A stretch of DNA of 64,000 nt, taken from Isurus oxyrinchus. Its lineage: Eukaryota. Shown piece by piece: positions 38,180-51,879 of the stretch. The notes beneath the pieces were generated by a model. That model was not told where the DNA came from and did not search any database. It was given only the letters and a program-made list of their open reading frames with translations. Both the position numbers and the translations under genes were made by a program. Location: NCBI GenBank assembly GCA_026770705.1, contig JANJGN010000007.1:69192001-69256000 (forward strand), in the 5' to 3' direction. Each line of letters begins with the position of its first letter. Within the stretch, counting starts at the first letter, position 1.

Positions 38180-39682
38180 GGTTCAAACATGAATGGTAGA
38201 GTTGAATACCAGAGGTGAACTGCCCTTGACGTAAAGGCAGCATTTGACCAAGTGTGGCAACAAAGAGACCTAGCAAAATTGAAGTCAGTTGGAATTGGAG
38301 AAAACTGTCCACTAGTTGAAGTCATATCTGGCACAAAGAAAGATGGTTGTGGTTGTTGGAAGCCAATCATCTCAGTCTCAGGACATCACCGCAGGAATTC
38401 CTCAGGTTATTGTCCTAGGCCCAACCATCTTCAGCGCTTCAACTCATCCTGCGAACCTAACATCAGAAGTGGAGATGTGCACTAATGACTGCACAGTTTT
38501 CAGTATCATTTACAACTCCTCAGATACTGGCCTGGACAACATTCAGGCTTGGGCTGATGATGTGGTGTGAATTTTTATTTTGCCACTTAAGTGCCAGGCC
38601 ATGATCATTCCCAACAGAAGAGATCTAACCATCTTTCCTTGATATTCAATGACATCATTGCTAAATTGTCCAGCAAAAAATCCTGGGTAGGTTTATCATT
38701 GATCAGAAATGGAACTGGACCAACCATATAAATACTGTGGCCACAAGGGCAGGTCAGAGTCTCACCTGACTCCCCAAAGCCTATCTGCCATCTACAAGAC
38801 ACAAGTCAGAAGTGTGATGAAATACTCTCCACTTGGCTGGAGGAGTGCAGCTCTAACAATGCTCAAGAAGCTTAACACCAGGATAAAGCAGCTCGCTTGA
38901 TCAGCATCCTATCCACCACCTTAATCATTCATTCCTTCTGCCACCAGCACACAGTGGCTGCAGTGTATACCATCTACAAGATGCACTGTAGCAACTTGCC
39001 AAGATTCCTTCGACAACACCTTCCAAACCCATGACCTCTGCCACCTAGAATGACAAGGGTGGCACATGCAAGGGAACATCGCCACCTGCAAATACCCCTC
39101 CTGGTCGCACCTCAACCTGACTTAGAAATATAATGGTGTTCCTTCACTGTCCCTGGATCAAAATCCTGGAACACCCTCCCCCACCAGCACTGTGGGCATA
39201 ACTACACCACTCCAGTGGATCAAAAAGACAGCTCGCCACATAAGAAATAGGAGCAGGAGTAGACCATACGGCTCCCTAAGTCTGCCCTGCCATTCAATAA
39301 GATTGTGGCTGATCTGACTCTAGCCTCAACTCCACTTTACTGCCTGTCCCATGTAATCCTTGACTCCTCAAAAATCTGTTTAACTCAGTCTTGAACTCAT
39401 ACAACAAATTGACCTCCACAGCTCTCTTGGGTAGAGAATTCCAAAGATTAACAACCCTCTGAGAGAACATATTCCTCCTCATCTTTGTCTTAAATGAGCA
39501 ATCCCATATTCTGCAACTGCCCCTTAGTTCTAGATTCTACCACAAGGGGAAAAGTCCTCTTAGCATCTATCCTGTCAAACCACCTCAGAATCATATATGT
39601 TTTAATGCCATCTTCTCAACGGATGAGTATTAAATGTTGGCCTTGCCAGTGATATTCACAGCACAGGAATTAATTAAAAAAA
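38180..39682 (+). mobile_element. HER1-like LINE 3' part with a nested CR1 tail (~39240-39605, -)
   Basis: RT remnants (GIPQVIVLGP; YKTQVRSVMKYSP). The tail resumes at ~39607. The insert encodes FSQRVVNLWNSLP. Confidence 0.85.
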
Positions 39683-40693
39683 TGTATATCTCATGTTTGA
39701 TCTCTGGTCTGTATAGATCTGGTTGATCTTCACTGAGGTGGTCAAAAGTGGGCTCTGATAGATCTGTTCTAGGTTAGGGTGTGCTGAACTAAGTATGATA
39801 TCCACTCTTGATTACTATCTGGTGATGTGCTCACATTCTCGTGTATGAACTTTGACTTACTTGTGGACACTTATTGTGCTCATGTGAATAATGGTCACTT
39901 CAATGAGGTATCAGAATTCCCCAGGAAATCATGACCAACCATGAAATTAAAGTCTCCAAGGGGAAGCGGGCAAGGAAAAGTTAATGGAAGAAAGGAATGA
40001 GTCCCCCTCATGGGAGATTCAGCAGCTCAGCCAAAAGTCCATTGACTTTCGGCAGGACTGGATGATCCTGGCAGCAGCAGGGCCGGAAAACCCTGCCCAT
40101 AGGTCTTATTGCGAGCACAGCCTTGCTGACAACACTTAAGCAGGTAGTTTCTCTGATGCATGCTGACTTGTAACTAAACTGTTCTACAGCAGGTTTTGTC
40201 CACTGAATCCATTCTGCCAAACCAACACATTCTTTGGGGAAATTTTTTCCATCCTGGTAACACCATTTTGGAATTTGCACTGATAGGATTCTTTCTGATC
40301 AATGTTTCCTGCCTGTATCCAATTGTTTCCGCCTTCTGAAGCTGTAGCTCTCATAGTATAGGTTTGAAAGATATGCTATGGATGAATGACATTTTTATTA
40401 ATATTTGCAAGGCATCAATTGTATGAATCACTACATGATATTGAACAATAAAGTGATAATAAGGTGACTGCTGTGAAATGTGTCTGCTTGTCAGTACTCC
40501 CCTCATAATAAGTTAATTCTGTCGTTATATGTACTAAAGGGCAACAGCAGCAATAATTCAAGCTTCCTTTGAATCTGTGAAATGTTTCTGTCTGGTTGGA
40601 TGGGAAATGGCACTATTTGATTATTAGTCCTGAGCAGCACAATGTTTGCACAATGTCCCCAAAACAGTAACCCACTGCTGACCTCTTACTTAC

Positions 40694-40772
40694 CTGCACC
40701 TTAACTGCGCCTGAGATTTCAGCATTTGGTGGGGAGAACACAAGTTTCCATTCGGATTTCCAAAAGCCATTC
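40694..40772 (-). CDS. CAPZA-like exon 7
   Basis: tag/GTAAGT, 79 nt. Encodes NGFWKSEWKLVFSPPNAEISGAVKVQ. Confidence 0.93.
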
Positions 40773-41554
40773 CTAAAATCAAAATTGTTAACAGAAACAT
40801 TTTACAGTTTATCTGTTAAACACTGAGGGGGCAAAGAAGTGATTGCAAGGTTCTGAGATAGATTTTGAGCATTCTCAGGGAAGTGTGCTCAACTGCAGTA
40901 GCCACAGTATACGTGATAATGAACTTAACATACTTATTAATAGTGACAGGGATGAAAAATAAGTTTTGGGGAAGCTTGGCTGAAATAATTCAATTCTTAC
41001 TCAGTTCTTAGTCAAAGAGAGTGGGATAACCTTTTAAAATATAATATTGAGTCCATAACACTTCATAATGTTAGAAGTATGAAAAACAACACCATTTCAT
41101 GCTGATTTCCAACCTGGAGCTGGAATTCATAAGACTTTCCCAATCTGCAATTAACTTCTAACTGATCCCTAGATATACTGGCTTGCTGTAATCAATGGGA
41201 TGACAAATTAACTAGATATTTTCTATTTTGTCATCTTTCCATGTTTTCAATTGCCCGGGAACGAAAGATAGCAGGGTTACAACCAGGAGATTCCAGAGAT
41301 CGCATCAGATTTATGGTTAAGGTGGAGACAAATGTTGGGTATAGCACGTTTTCCATGTTTGATTGTGGGTGGCAAATAGGTTGAGTCTTCAATTAATGAA
41401 AGTAATGCCACATTTTTTAAAAAATCGGATGTGAGAACCTAATGTTGGAAAGACACAGGAAGTTCCAGAAAAGATTAAGAAATCTTCTGAGCTTGTAAAG
41501 AGAAGTTAGGGTGAGATTTTTAATCTGTAATCTCCCTCCTCCAAGTGCAGTATC

Positions 41555-42485
41555 TTTTTTTTCATTCATTCATGTGATGTGGGCTTTGCTGGCTGGGCCA
41601 GCATTTATTGCCCATCCCTAATTGCCCTTAAGAAGGTGGTGGAGAGCTGCCTTCTTGAACCACTGGCAGTCCATGTGGTGTAGGTACACCTACAGTGCTG
41701 TTAGGAAAGGAGTTCCAGGATTTTGACCCAGCAACAGTGAAGAAACAGCGATATATTTCCAAGTCAGGATGGTGAGTGACTTGGAGGGGAGCTTCCAAGT
41801 GGTGGTGTTCCCATCTATCTGCTGCCCTTGTCCTTCTAGATGGTAGTGGTTGAGGGTTTGGGGGGTGCTGTCTAAGGATCCTTGGTGAACTCCTGTAGTG
41901 CAGCTTGTAGATGGTATGTACTGCTGCTACTGCCCATCAGTGGTGGAGGGAGTGAATGCTTGTGAATGTGGTGCCAATGAAACAGGCTGCTTTGTCCTGG
42001 ATGGTGTCAAGCTTTTGAATGTTGTTGGGGCTGCACTCATGCAGGCAAGTGGGGAGTGTTCCATCACACTCCTGACTTGTGCCTTGTAGATTGTGGACAG
42101 GCTTTGGGGAGTCAGGAAATGGGTTGCTTGTCGCACTATTCCTAGCCCCTGACCTGCTCTTGTAGCCACAGTGTTTATATGGCTAGTCCTGTTCAGTTTC
42201 TGGTCAATGGGTAACCCCCAGGATGTTGATAATGGGAGATTCAGCGATGGTAATGCCATTGAATGTCAAGAGGCGATGGCTGGTTTCTCTCTTGTTGGAG
42301 ATGGTCATTGGCTGATACTTGTGTGGCAAGAATGTTACTTGCCACTTGTCAGCCAAAGCCTGGATATTGTCCAGGTCTTGCTGCATTTGGACATGGACTG
42401 CTTCAGTATTTGAGGAGTTGCAAATGGTGCTGAACATCTTGCAATCATCAGCAAACATCCCCACTTCTGACCTGATGATGAAAGG
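41555..42485 (-). mobile_element. HER1-like LINE 3' fragment
   Basis: MFADDC, QQDLDNIQ, YKAQVRSVMEHSP, and conserved tail. Confidence 0.9.
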
Positions 42486-43124
42486 AGGGTTTGAATACAA
42501 ACAAGATACTGTGCACTAACAACATATAGACTACCTGGAGTAAGTGAAGAGAATGGCTAGGAAGTCTTTTGCCCAACGATATTAAATCACTTTCAGGTTG
42601 TGCTGGACAGGTAAGCAGTGTGATATGTTTGCACCAGGATGTTTAGGGACTGTAGTCTGCATTAAACACTTAAACCAGAAGAATACCACCTTAACATCAA
42701 AAGCTATACTTAACTTTCCCAAGCAGTGCGTATGTTAGGCTCTATAAATATCTTTGGTGGGCTGGAGCCAATCATTTAATATTGGATTTCTTTTGGTGGT
42801 ATGTTCTATGCGAGGAGACCTTGTGTGCATTTGGCAGGATTGTGTTCTCAGTACCAAGGGATCATTCAGCCCACCAATAGTGGAATTCATCCATCATGAG
42901 TGTATCATCATTTTTAATAGTAGACTAGTTAAAACCTTTCTGCACAAGAGCTAACATCATGCCAAGGAAGAACCATAGCTCCTACTCTAGCCAGGCAGAA
43001 GGTATGGCTGCTCCTCCCCTTTAATTCTTGGATGGCCTGGATGCCCCACGAGGTGATATAGCCCTTTGACACTCTCAGTTTTGGCTCACACATGAGTTGG
43101 TCGGGGTACCCCAGGGAAATTCTC

Positions 43125-43352
43125 ACCCACAGTGCTGTTAGGAAGAGAGTTCCAGGATTTTGACCCAGCGACAGTGAAGGAATGGCGATATATTTCCAAG
43201 TCAGGATGGTGAGTGACTTGGAGGGGAGCTTCCAGGTGGTGGTGTTCCCATCTATCTGTTGCCCTTGTACTTCTAGATGGTAGTGATTGCGGGTTTGGGG
43301 GGTGCTTTCTAAGGATCCTTGGTGAATTCCGGTAGTGCAGCTTGTAGATGCA
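43125..43352 (-). mobile_element. HER1-like LINE internal fragment
   Basis: Closely matches 41690-41912. Confidence 0.8.
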
Positions 43353-43512
43353 ACAGCAGGAAATTGATGCCATCAGGGGAGGAGAAGAGACAACAAGAAC
43401 TAGAGATGTCTAACCAATTACATAACAAAGTTGTTTGGATCACTTTTAGTCCATGTCAAGTAGAATATACAAGATTGCGAGGAATTAAGTGCATTACATA
43501 AATACAACTTAC

Positions 43513-43592
43513 CAGAACTCATTGCGCTGATATTTGTGAGATTCAATGCAGGCAGTGATAACTTTCTGATTGCCATAGGTTTTCCCATATAC
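43513..43592 (-). CDS. CAPZA-like exon 6
   Basis: cag/GTAAGT, 80 nt. Encodes VYGKTYGNQKVITACIESHKYQRNEFW. Confidence 0.93.
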
Positions 43593-44294
43593 CTGCCAAA
43601 GAAAATGCCAAAAATTCAGCAGAAGTAAGTGCAAGTAGTATCAAGAGCAATATGAAATAATAATCATGCATGAAAAGGTGAAATAGAAACGGTCTCTTGA
43701 AAGCACACCCACCTAGGGGAAATTGCTTGTTGAACTACATCAACAAGGACTTCCCTGGTTCAATCAGTGCCGAGTTAAATGATCTCAGTCGGGTGGTAGT
43801 ACAATTGGCCTAAGCGCTTCCGGTTAGAGAGGTGAAAATCAGTTAGCATTCCCCCTCCTGATTACCAATCAGCAGTTCCTGTTGGAAGTGCTTGTGTGCC
43901 AGTATTGGGTGAGGATATTATTGGGCTTGATTCTTTTGTCTTCCCTCTGGCCCAATACCTCCTCTACCCTCACACACTCACTGTCTAGGCTAACATATGA
44001 GGAATAGCGACTTATGCGAAGTAGGGTGGAAATATACCTCAGTGAGGATCCAGCATCTTGTGATGAGATAAAAATTGTTAGAAAAGGATGAAGAAGGGGC
44101 AAAGATCTAATGATTATGATATAATTATTAATCTTTCAGGTTTGGATATCATCACGCATCATTACATAGAGCACACTATCTTATGACTATCTAGTGATTA
44201 TTCTCCATGGACTGGGGAGGCATGTAAAGGCTTTTTGAGCTGAGTTGGCTGCAAGATGATAGGAAATTGCTCAGTGGTATCCCATATTTTAACA

Positions 44295-44735
44295 AGGTGT
44301 GTCAGCCATGACTCAGTTGGTAGCATCTCTTGCCTCTGAGTCACAAGGTTCCATTTTCAGGTCCCACTCCAGGCCTTGAGCACAAAAATCAAAGCTGATA
44401 CTCTGGATCAAGACAACACTCCAGTGCAGTACTGAGGGAGTGCTGCACTGTTGGAGGCACTGTCTTTTGGATGAAATGTTAAACCGAGCCCCCCTCTTCC
44501 CTTCCTTGGATGGATGTACATAATCCCATGGCATCTTTTTGAATCGACATCAAGAGAAAAACAGATTATGTGGTCATTGTTGCATTGCTGTTCATGGGAG
44601 TTTGCTGTATGCAAATTAGATGCTGTCTTTCCTGTATTGCAATATTGATTACACTTCAAAATTACTTCATTGGCTGTAAAACGCTTTGAGACATCTGCTG
44701 GTTGTGAAAAGTGCCATATAAATGCAAGGTTTTTT
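44295..44735 (+). mobile_element. tRNA-derived DeuSINE (SacSINE1-like)
   Basis: A box tgactcagttgg, degenerate B box, Deu-like core gtgcagtactgagggagtgctgcactg...gttaaaccgagcccc, and L2-type tail gccatataaatgcaag. Confidence 0.7.
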
Positions 44736-44885
44736 TTCTTCAGGCTATAACCTGAGTACTGCTACATTCCTTGTCGTAGCATATTTTATTGGTACCACAT
44801 AGCATTGTTTTCCAGGCTATACACACACACAGACAAGCATCAGGGTATGGTAATGGGAACAGTGTCGTTTCTGAAGGCTACTTAC

Positions 44886-45092
44886 AGAGCAGTTTCCATC
44901 TGGGTAATGCTTCTCCACATAACTAGTGAGTGCACTTTCTATAGCTCCTCTCCAGCTCTCCATGGAAATATCTAATTCATACGGTTGGATGTCAGAAACA
45001 TTTTTGTTCAAGTGATCAAACTTAAAAGAAACCTTCTGCTTTGGATCCAGAAAATATCCATTCCCAAGGTCACCATGTTCAGTGATTAGCAC
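44886..45092 (-). CDS. CAPZA-like exon 5
   Basis: tag/GTAAGT, 207 nt. Encodes [28 protein letters not shown]...[25 protein letters not shown]. Confidence 0.95.
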
Positions 45093-45189
45093 CTAAAGAA
45101 TAAACAGATCATGAGTTCACTGAACAACTGATTTTCCAGTATCATAAGGTCATTTGTATTGCTTAGCTATTTTTGAGTGTCAATAACTT

Positions 45190-45725
45190 ATTTTTTATTC
45201 ATTCACGGGATGTGGACTTCGATGGCTGGGCCAGCATTTATTGCCCATCCCTAGTTGCCCTTGAGAAGGTGGTGGTGATCTGCCTTCTTGAACTGCTGCA
45301 GTCCATGTAGTGTGGGTACACCCATAGTGCTGTTAGGAAGGAAGTTCCAGGACTTTGACCCAGCGACAGTAAAGGAATGGTGATATATTTCCAAGTCAGG
45401 ATAGTGAGTGACTTGTTGGGAACTTCCAGGTGGTGATGTTCCCATCTATCTGCTGCCCTTGTCCTTCTAGATGTTGGCTTTGGGAGGTGCTGTCTAAGGA
45501 GCCTTGGTGAATTCCTGCAGTGCATCTTGTGGATGGTACACACTGCTGCTACTGTGCGTCGGTGATGGAGGGAGTGAATGTTTGTGGATGTGGTGCCAAT
45601 CAAGTGGCTGCTTTGTCCTGGATGGTGTCAAGCTTCTTGAGTGTTGTGGGAGCTGCATTCAAAGTGGGGAGTATTCCATCACATTCCTCACTTGTGCCTT
45701 GTAGATGGTATACAGCTTTGGGGAT
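45190..45725 (-). mobile_element. HER1-like LINE 3' fragment
   Basis: Same family as 41555-42485. Confidence 0.88.
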
Positions 45726-46187
45726 TAAGAACATCTTCCCTTGTTCCCATTTCACATGGATCATTTAAAAATGATGCAGATAGGTTAACCTGGAGCACGA
45801 ATAAAAACTAGCAGCTTCAAAAGCTGTTACCTCAAACACAGCCCTGTACAAAAATCTAACATGCAACTGCACTTAAATTACAGTGAGACATGGGTTTTTT
45901 TTTTTGAATGAAGCCACTTGAGCCCACAACACCCTATCAATTGTGTTCTTCAGATAAAATACATTTAAGTACAAAAGTATATCAATGGCCAATTTAGACA
46001 TTTTGAAAGGAGATACAAGTACTGATGGTGCAAGATTTATTTCCTAGACCTCTGATGAGTTTCAGAAGACATCATTTTGAGAAATCTTTTAGCATATTTG
46101 ATCTATCAATATCTAATTTCTGTTGTATTTTGATAAAAAAAATTATTCCTGCAATGATCAAACTATTTTCTTTAGGGCAGCTCATAT

Positions 46188-46635
46188 TAACATTTGTAAA
46201 TGAAGTCCAGGAATGTCTTTATATTTGCAAAGGGGCGTTGGGAAAGTGTTGATATTTTCAGGGGGTGCTTTAGGGTGTGTTGATATTTAAATGGGGGCCC
46301 TTGGATGTTAATATCTCCAGGGAGTCTCCAAGAATGTGTTCATATTTGCAGGGATCTCTGAGAATGTGTAAATATGTCCAAGGGGCTCAAAGTGTGTTTG
46401 GAGGGAGACTTTGAGGTGTGTTAATATTTAAATTGAATCTCTGAGGGTGTGTTAATTGTTACCAAAGTCCCTGAATATGTGCTAATATTTTCAAGGGGTT
46501 CTCTGAATTAATTAATAATTTGTAGGAAAACACCAAGTGTTTGTTAATACAAGGGGTTCCATGAGAATTAATTTACGTCTGTAGGGGTTCCCTAAGAATG
46601 TGTTAATATTTGTTCATATTTTTAGGAAGTCCCAG
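46188..46635 (+). repeat. degenerate ~30-bp minisatellite
   Basis: About 14 units of consensus gaatgtgttaatatttgcaggggtctct. Confidence 0.75.
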
Positions 46636-47124
46636 CCTAGGTAAAGGTTTGAAACCTATTGATTTTTGATCACAAAATGTTATTCCTGCCATCTTGTGGC
46701 AGAATGTCAAAACAACAGTGGCTGGTTAAAATTGTGTATCCCAGGTATACCCTTCACCTGCAGCTGTGTTTTTGTGTTGCTTACAGGAATTTCATTAGCC
46801 CATTGAGAGTTTAAAGAAGTGGGTCAAAGTAATGGTGGTGCAACTTCACTAACCCCACCCTCCTACCCACAATGATCATCTTAACAGATCAACTGACCAC
46901 AGCAAATTTATTCAGCAGTGCAGTCCAGTTCTCAATCTCTGCTGAAATAGTCCCATGGTGAACCATCTAGAGTAGCTGAGTCCGAGGTGGATACAGTTAT
47001 GTTGCTGAGAAGACTAGCATTAGCCAAATTTCAGATTTGGTTATTAGCTGCGACCCTAGTTATGTCAGTGGATGGGAAATTCTGGCCACTGCACATAAAT
47101 GGAAGTCTTGTTGTATCAGGCATA

Positions 47125-47127
<3 letters not shown>

Positions 47128-47206
<79 letters not shown>
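47128..47206 (+). repeat. (TG)n microsatellite
   Basis: About 39 perfect TG units. Confidence 0.97.
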
Positions 47207-47209
<3 letters not shown>

Positions 47210-47497
47210 TGTGGATAGGGGGAATGGGGGCGAATGGAACACCTGCCCATCCCCCCCCCCATAATATAATTAGGCTTAATCCTATCGGGTAATCAAACGC
47301 TATCCCAGATTTCAGGAGGGCTAATTTTACAAAAATTGCTAAAGATCTAGTAAAAGTTTGCTGTGGGCAACCCTACCAGATAGGAAACCAAGTATTGAGT
47401 ACAGATGGATTCCATTTAGGGCCATTTTCAAACAAAATAAACATCAACCTCTGTCTTAGTGAAAAAATCAAGGAAATGATTAGAGAGAAAAAGGTAT

Positions 47498-47712
47498 TGG
47501 ATTGAATTCCCTCCTAAATCTCTTTGCCTCTCTCCTGCCTTCTCTTCCCTTAAGATGCTCCTTAAAGCCTCTGTCTTTGGCCAAGATTTTGGTCATCTGC
47601 CCTAATATGTCCTTTTGCGACTAGGTGACAAATTTTGCTTGAAAATGCTTCTGTGACGCGCCTTGGACCATTTTACTACATTAAAGACGCTATATAAATG
47701 CAGGTGGTTGTT
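47498..47712 (+). mobile_element. L2-type LINE 3' end
   Basis: ttccctcctaaatctct...gacgcgccttggacc...aaagacgctatataaatgcag. The tail resembles the DeuSINE tail. Confidence 0.6.
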
Positions 47713-48063
47713 CTAGAAGCCTTTTTGGGAGTGAGATTTCACTTTCTACTTCCACCATTTTCCTCTCCCCTCTCCCTTACTGGATCTTGCTATCTTGCTG
47801 CCCCACTCCAGCTTGAATGATAGGTGGGCATCAGGCAGGGACAGGGAGACTGGTTTTAGGTGTCTGTCTAAAGAAAGGGGTATATTTAAACAAAGTCAGT
47901 TTATTGGGCCAGGAAAAGAGACAATATAAAAAGTGAGAGGCAACAAAACAAAAACTGAAAAACTGAGCAGATCTTTAGGTTATTTAGTTGGGCTTTAACT
48001 TTCAATCTCTTTAGTTAAAACAGAATGGTAAATAAAGATTAATCTTGATCACTGTCCACCTAC

Positions 48064-48127
48064 CTTTCCCTTGTGTTCCTTTACTGCAACAGGAATGAAT
48101 TGTTCCAGGTTATACTTTGCAGTGATT
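48064..48127 (-). CDS. CAPZA-like exon 4
   Basis: cag/GTAGGT, 64 nt. Encodes ITAKYNLEQFIPVAVKEHKGK (CAPZA1 [21 protein letters not shown]). Confidence 0.88.
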
Positions 48128-49149
48128 CTGTAAAATAACACACCATCAGCGCACTGACTCTTATCTGAACCACAAAGGGCTTCTTTGGGTTACGATTGAG
48201 ACATAGGGATTGTGACCTTTGGTGAATGAGAAAGTGTCAGATTCACCCCATCAGTCAATCACTGCCAGAAACATCACGCTTCGGAGTTAAATCTAATTCC
48301 CAGTATTGATCCATTTCCCACAACATATCCAGGGACTTTATCATTTAACCTATTGTTCAATTTTGGCATATGTCAAATATCACCTTATATAAATCACTTC
48401 AAAATTTAACACTACTGCGGATTGCTTGTACGTTTCTTATTACAATTTTCTTCCCCTCTTGAAATCATTCATTTGTGCTGGAGTGGTGCCTCAGAGTCCT
48501 TGGCAGCCCTCTGGTGCCTCACTTGTATGTGAGCCAGACAGTGAATGCTCCCAGGATAATTGACCACCGAACACAAAACATCATCAGACTTCATCAGACA
48601 TCCATATGCAAATACTTTACTGCACTTGTTATTGTACAATGATTGAGCTGGGAACTCTGATTTTCTCCCATCTTAACCTTTCACAATAATAACCATTCTA
48701 AGGCCAATTGCAGCTCCATAGCGAGAGCAGTCATAAAATGGGAAGGAAACACGTTGCCATCTCTGAAGTTAACAGCGTGGCTGGACCCTCACAGTCCCTC
48801 CAAGAATGTCAACTGGGCCAGATGCAGCCACTAAGATGCTATAGTTAACTGTCAGACTCTCATAGGTCCAATCTGTGAGAGGTCACTGGCCATACACATC
48901 TCAAGAGCCCTTGACTGAGCAACAACAACCTTCCATCTTTATGCTAAATTCACTGGAGAATCACCTTGTAGAAGCACTAGGCTAGGTAAGAAGGCACTCA
49001 AGACAGGCAGCAGGGTCTCAGAGCTGGGTGATAATTAGGATTAGGTCTTTGTATAAACATGAAAATGGTAAACCTTTTTGAAATCTTTCTGTGCACAGGG
49101 GTGCTTCTGAAGTAGTTGATGGCTCTGCAATTTTAGACGGCAGAAGCCT

Positions 49150-49732
49150 TAGAAGTCTTGTTACAACTGTACAGGGTGTTGATGAAACCACACCTCCCCG
49201 TACGTAAGAAAGGATTTACTGGCATTGGAGGCAATTCAAAAGAGATTCACTAGGCTGATTCCTGGGATGAAGGGGTTGACTTATCAAGAATGGCTAAACA
49301 GGGTAGGCATTTATTCAATAGAGTTTAGAAGAATGAGAGGTGATCTTATTGAAATGTACAAGATTCTGAGGGAGCTTGACAGTTTAGATGTTGAGAAGAT
49401 GTTTCCACTAGTGAGGGAATCTCGAATTAGGGGACATAGTTGCAAAATAAGGGGACATTCGTTTAAAACTGAGATGTGAAGGAATATTCTTCTCTGAGAG
49501 TAGTGAATGTCTGGAATTATTTACTGCAGAGAGTTGTGAAGGCTAGATCACTGAAAGTATTTAAAGAGGAGGTAGATAGATTTTTAAAATATCAGGGAGT
49601 TGAGGGTTATGAAGAGCTGACACAAAAGAGGAGTTGAGGCCTGGGGCATATCAGCCAAGGTCTTATTGAATGACGGGGAAGGCTTGAGGGGCCAAATGGC
49701 CTACCCCTGCTCCTATTTCTTATGTTCTTATG
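49150..49732 (+). mobile_element. CR1 LINE 3' fragment
   Basis: EAIQKRFTRLIPG...RRMRGDLIE, ending in ttcttatgttcttatg. Confidence 0.9.
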
Positions 49733-49929
49733 TATACCAATGTTGGTCTTTGGATGAATACAATTTATTTGAGGGTAGAAGGACCGGGATACATGACTGT
49801 TAATAGAAGGGAATGCTAAAGTGCTAATGTTGAAGCCAAAGAGCTTTAGCTGTAGTAAATATTGGAGCCCTCTGTATCCTGAGTTATTCTCTATGTCATT
49901 GGTGTCATCTCCCTCATTGCATTGAACAC

Positions 49930-50340
49930 CTTCCAGTGGTGACTCCATGGGTTGTCTTTATTTCAGAGCAAAATTATGCCGAGTCCAGCACATCACAATC
50001 ATAGTGCATTCTCTTTCTAGGTTATTTTACAGATCTCTTCAGGCATTGGAATCATTGTTTGAGGACTCCAATACTATACTCAGTGAGGGCTGTAGTGGAG
50101 CCATAAATCTGACTGCACTGCAGTTCAGCTGCTGAGTATAGATTCCTGAAAGGAACCATGAACCAATTGTGTAGGAGATTGGCCTTATGTTCAAAAAACC
50201 AGTTGCTGTGCAGGGCCAAGGAGTGATAAATGGAAGATTGTTGCAAGACCTGCATGATGCTCTGCTGGTGAGCACACTGCAGTTATATTGGAAGCCGATG
50301 TGATTCATGAAGACAGAAAGCGTGTTTGCAGGACACCACA
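49930..50340 (-). mobile_element. Harbinger transposase relic
   Basis: FMNHIGF and TTALTEYSIGVLKQ*FQCL resemble HARBI1-type NRKGFHS and IERTIGLLKxRFRCL motifs. Heavily decayed. Confidence 0.5.
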
Positions 50341-51244
50341 GGATGACTTGGGCACAGTCAGTGAGGTTTTGGTCTGAGGAGAAGCCAGCAGCCTATGCAA
50401 ATCCCAGAGTCCTATCATTCCAGATACCCATGGTGAAAAGATGACACAGGTGCTTGCTCCTGTTTTAAAAAAAAGCATCAGTCACCTACTTGATGTAGGC
50501 ACAGACTGACTGATGTTGCTTGATGTACCCATGGCAGGCAGGAAGGAGCAAGAGACAAAAAGGCTGAGGACCACAGTGACTTAGACTGCCACAGGTAGTG
50601 CAGTGCCAACTGTGGGTGGCAGATATTGTTATAGGAGGTGATGCAATGCTCAAACCGCCTGTCAAGAGAAGCGTAGCCTCTTTACACATTTATCCTCAGA
50701 GAAGGCATGTGATTTATCTACTGCCAGTCTAATGACTAGGTAATTTTGGTAACCATTTTTTTTCTATAGGGAGTTATCTAGCTGATGCATAGCTTCCTAC
50801 ACTCCAACGGTGTTCCAGAAAGTCTGTATAGAGGTGCTGTCTGGTAAGTATAAGTTATCTGGCAGTCTGGAGATGTTAATTTGGTTATGGATTGCCATTT
50901 GCTAAATTGATGTAATTGGTCCATATTTTAAACCTTATTTGAATGTCAGTTGAGGATGGGTGAGGAGGCCTTTAACAAGAGTGGACAATGGGGGCTTCTA
51001 TCAGAAATGAAACAGGGTTCATATGACATTGCAGATGGGACGTTGTTGGAAAGTACTGTAATCTATACATTATTGCATCAACTTGTGCAGATTAAGGGGG
51101 GGATAAATCACTTTGGATATACTATTAAATCTATGAGATCTATTCCTTGTGTCCTTGTCTATCTTTAATATAATTTATAGAATAAATGTAGACAACTGCA
51201 TAAAAAAACAAAATACAGGAGGTATTATTCCAACTCAGGCTCAC

Positions 51245-51296
51245 CGTTCTATGTTCTCACATATCAGCTCATCATCATTTAGCAAAGCTCGCATAT
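51245..51296 (-). CDS. CAPZA-like exon 3
   Basis: cag/GTGAGC, 52 nt. Encodes DMRALLNDDELICENIER (CAPZA1 DVRLLLNNDNLLREGAAH). Confidence 0.88.
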
Positions 51297-51879
51297 CTGC
51301 AAAAACCAAGAGAAGAATTCCTAAACTATACAAAGTATTATGTCAACAGTCATCCAAGTGGCTCAGGCCTGAATTTAATCCTCAAGATAGATTTTATTCA
51401 CTGGCACCAATGAGAGTCTTCAACGTCAGGGTTTATACCACAATGCCATTCGGACCTTTGCAAATGGAGCTATGAGAAAAACAGAATGAACTGTAGGATA
51501 GACACATTGGGTTGCCTTTGTCAGAATTTGAGCAGAAGAATTTGTGGCTAGAACCCAGAGTAAAGTCAAATCTCTGTCCCCTGATGGATCACCAGCTTCA
51601 GGCATACACACAAGTAACCACTGAATAGAAAAGTTGGCAACTTCACTGATTGATGCAGCATTTGCATTGCAGTTCCCAATTTGACTGATAAGTGGTGCTA
51701 ATTTTTAGCTTGAAAGATAACATTTATTCAGTGGGGAACAGAGTACATTTTGAGCTCATTGATATGTGGGATGGCATTCTGGCAGAATTAAACAATCATC
51801 AACTTTTGACAACATGGGAAGAATCTTACCACCTTAGTCCTTGCTGCAATGGCAGGACCATTCTCAGGTCTAGAATCCA

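Noticed and set aside
46188-46635. CRISPR-like spacing of ~30-bp units
   Set aside because: The units are contiguous and degenerate with no repeat-spacer alternation, there are no cas genes, and the context is vertebrate.
46987-47292. ORFs with CV/HT repeats
   Set aside because: They are translations of the (TG)n microsatellite.
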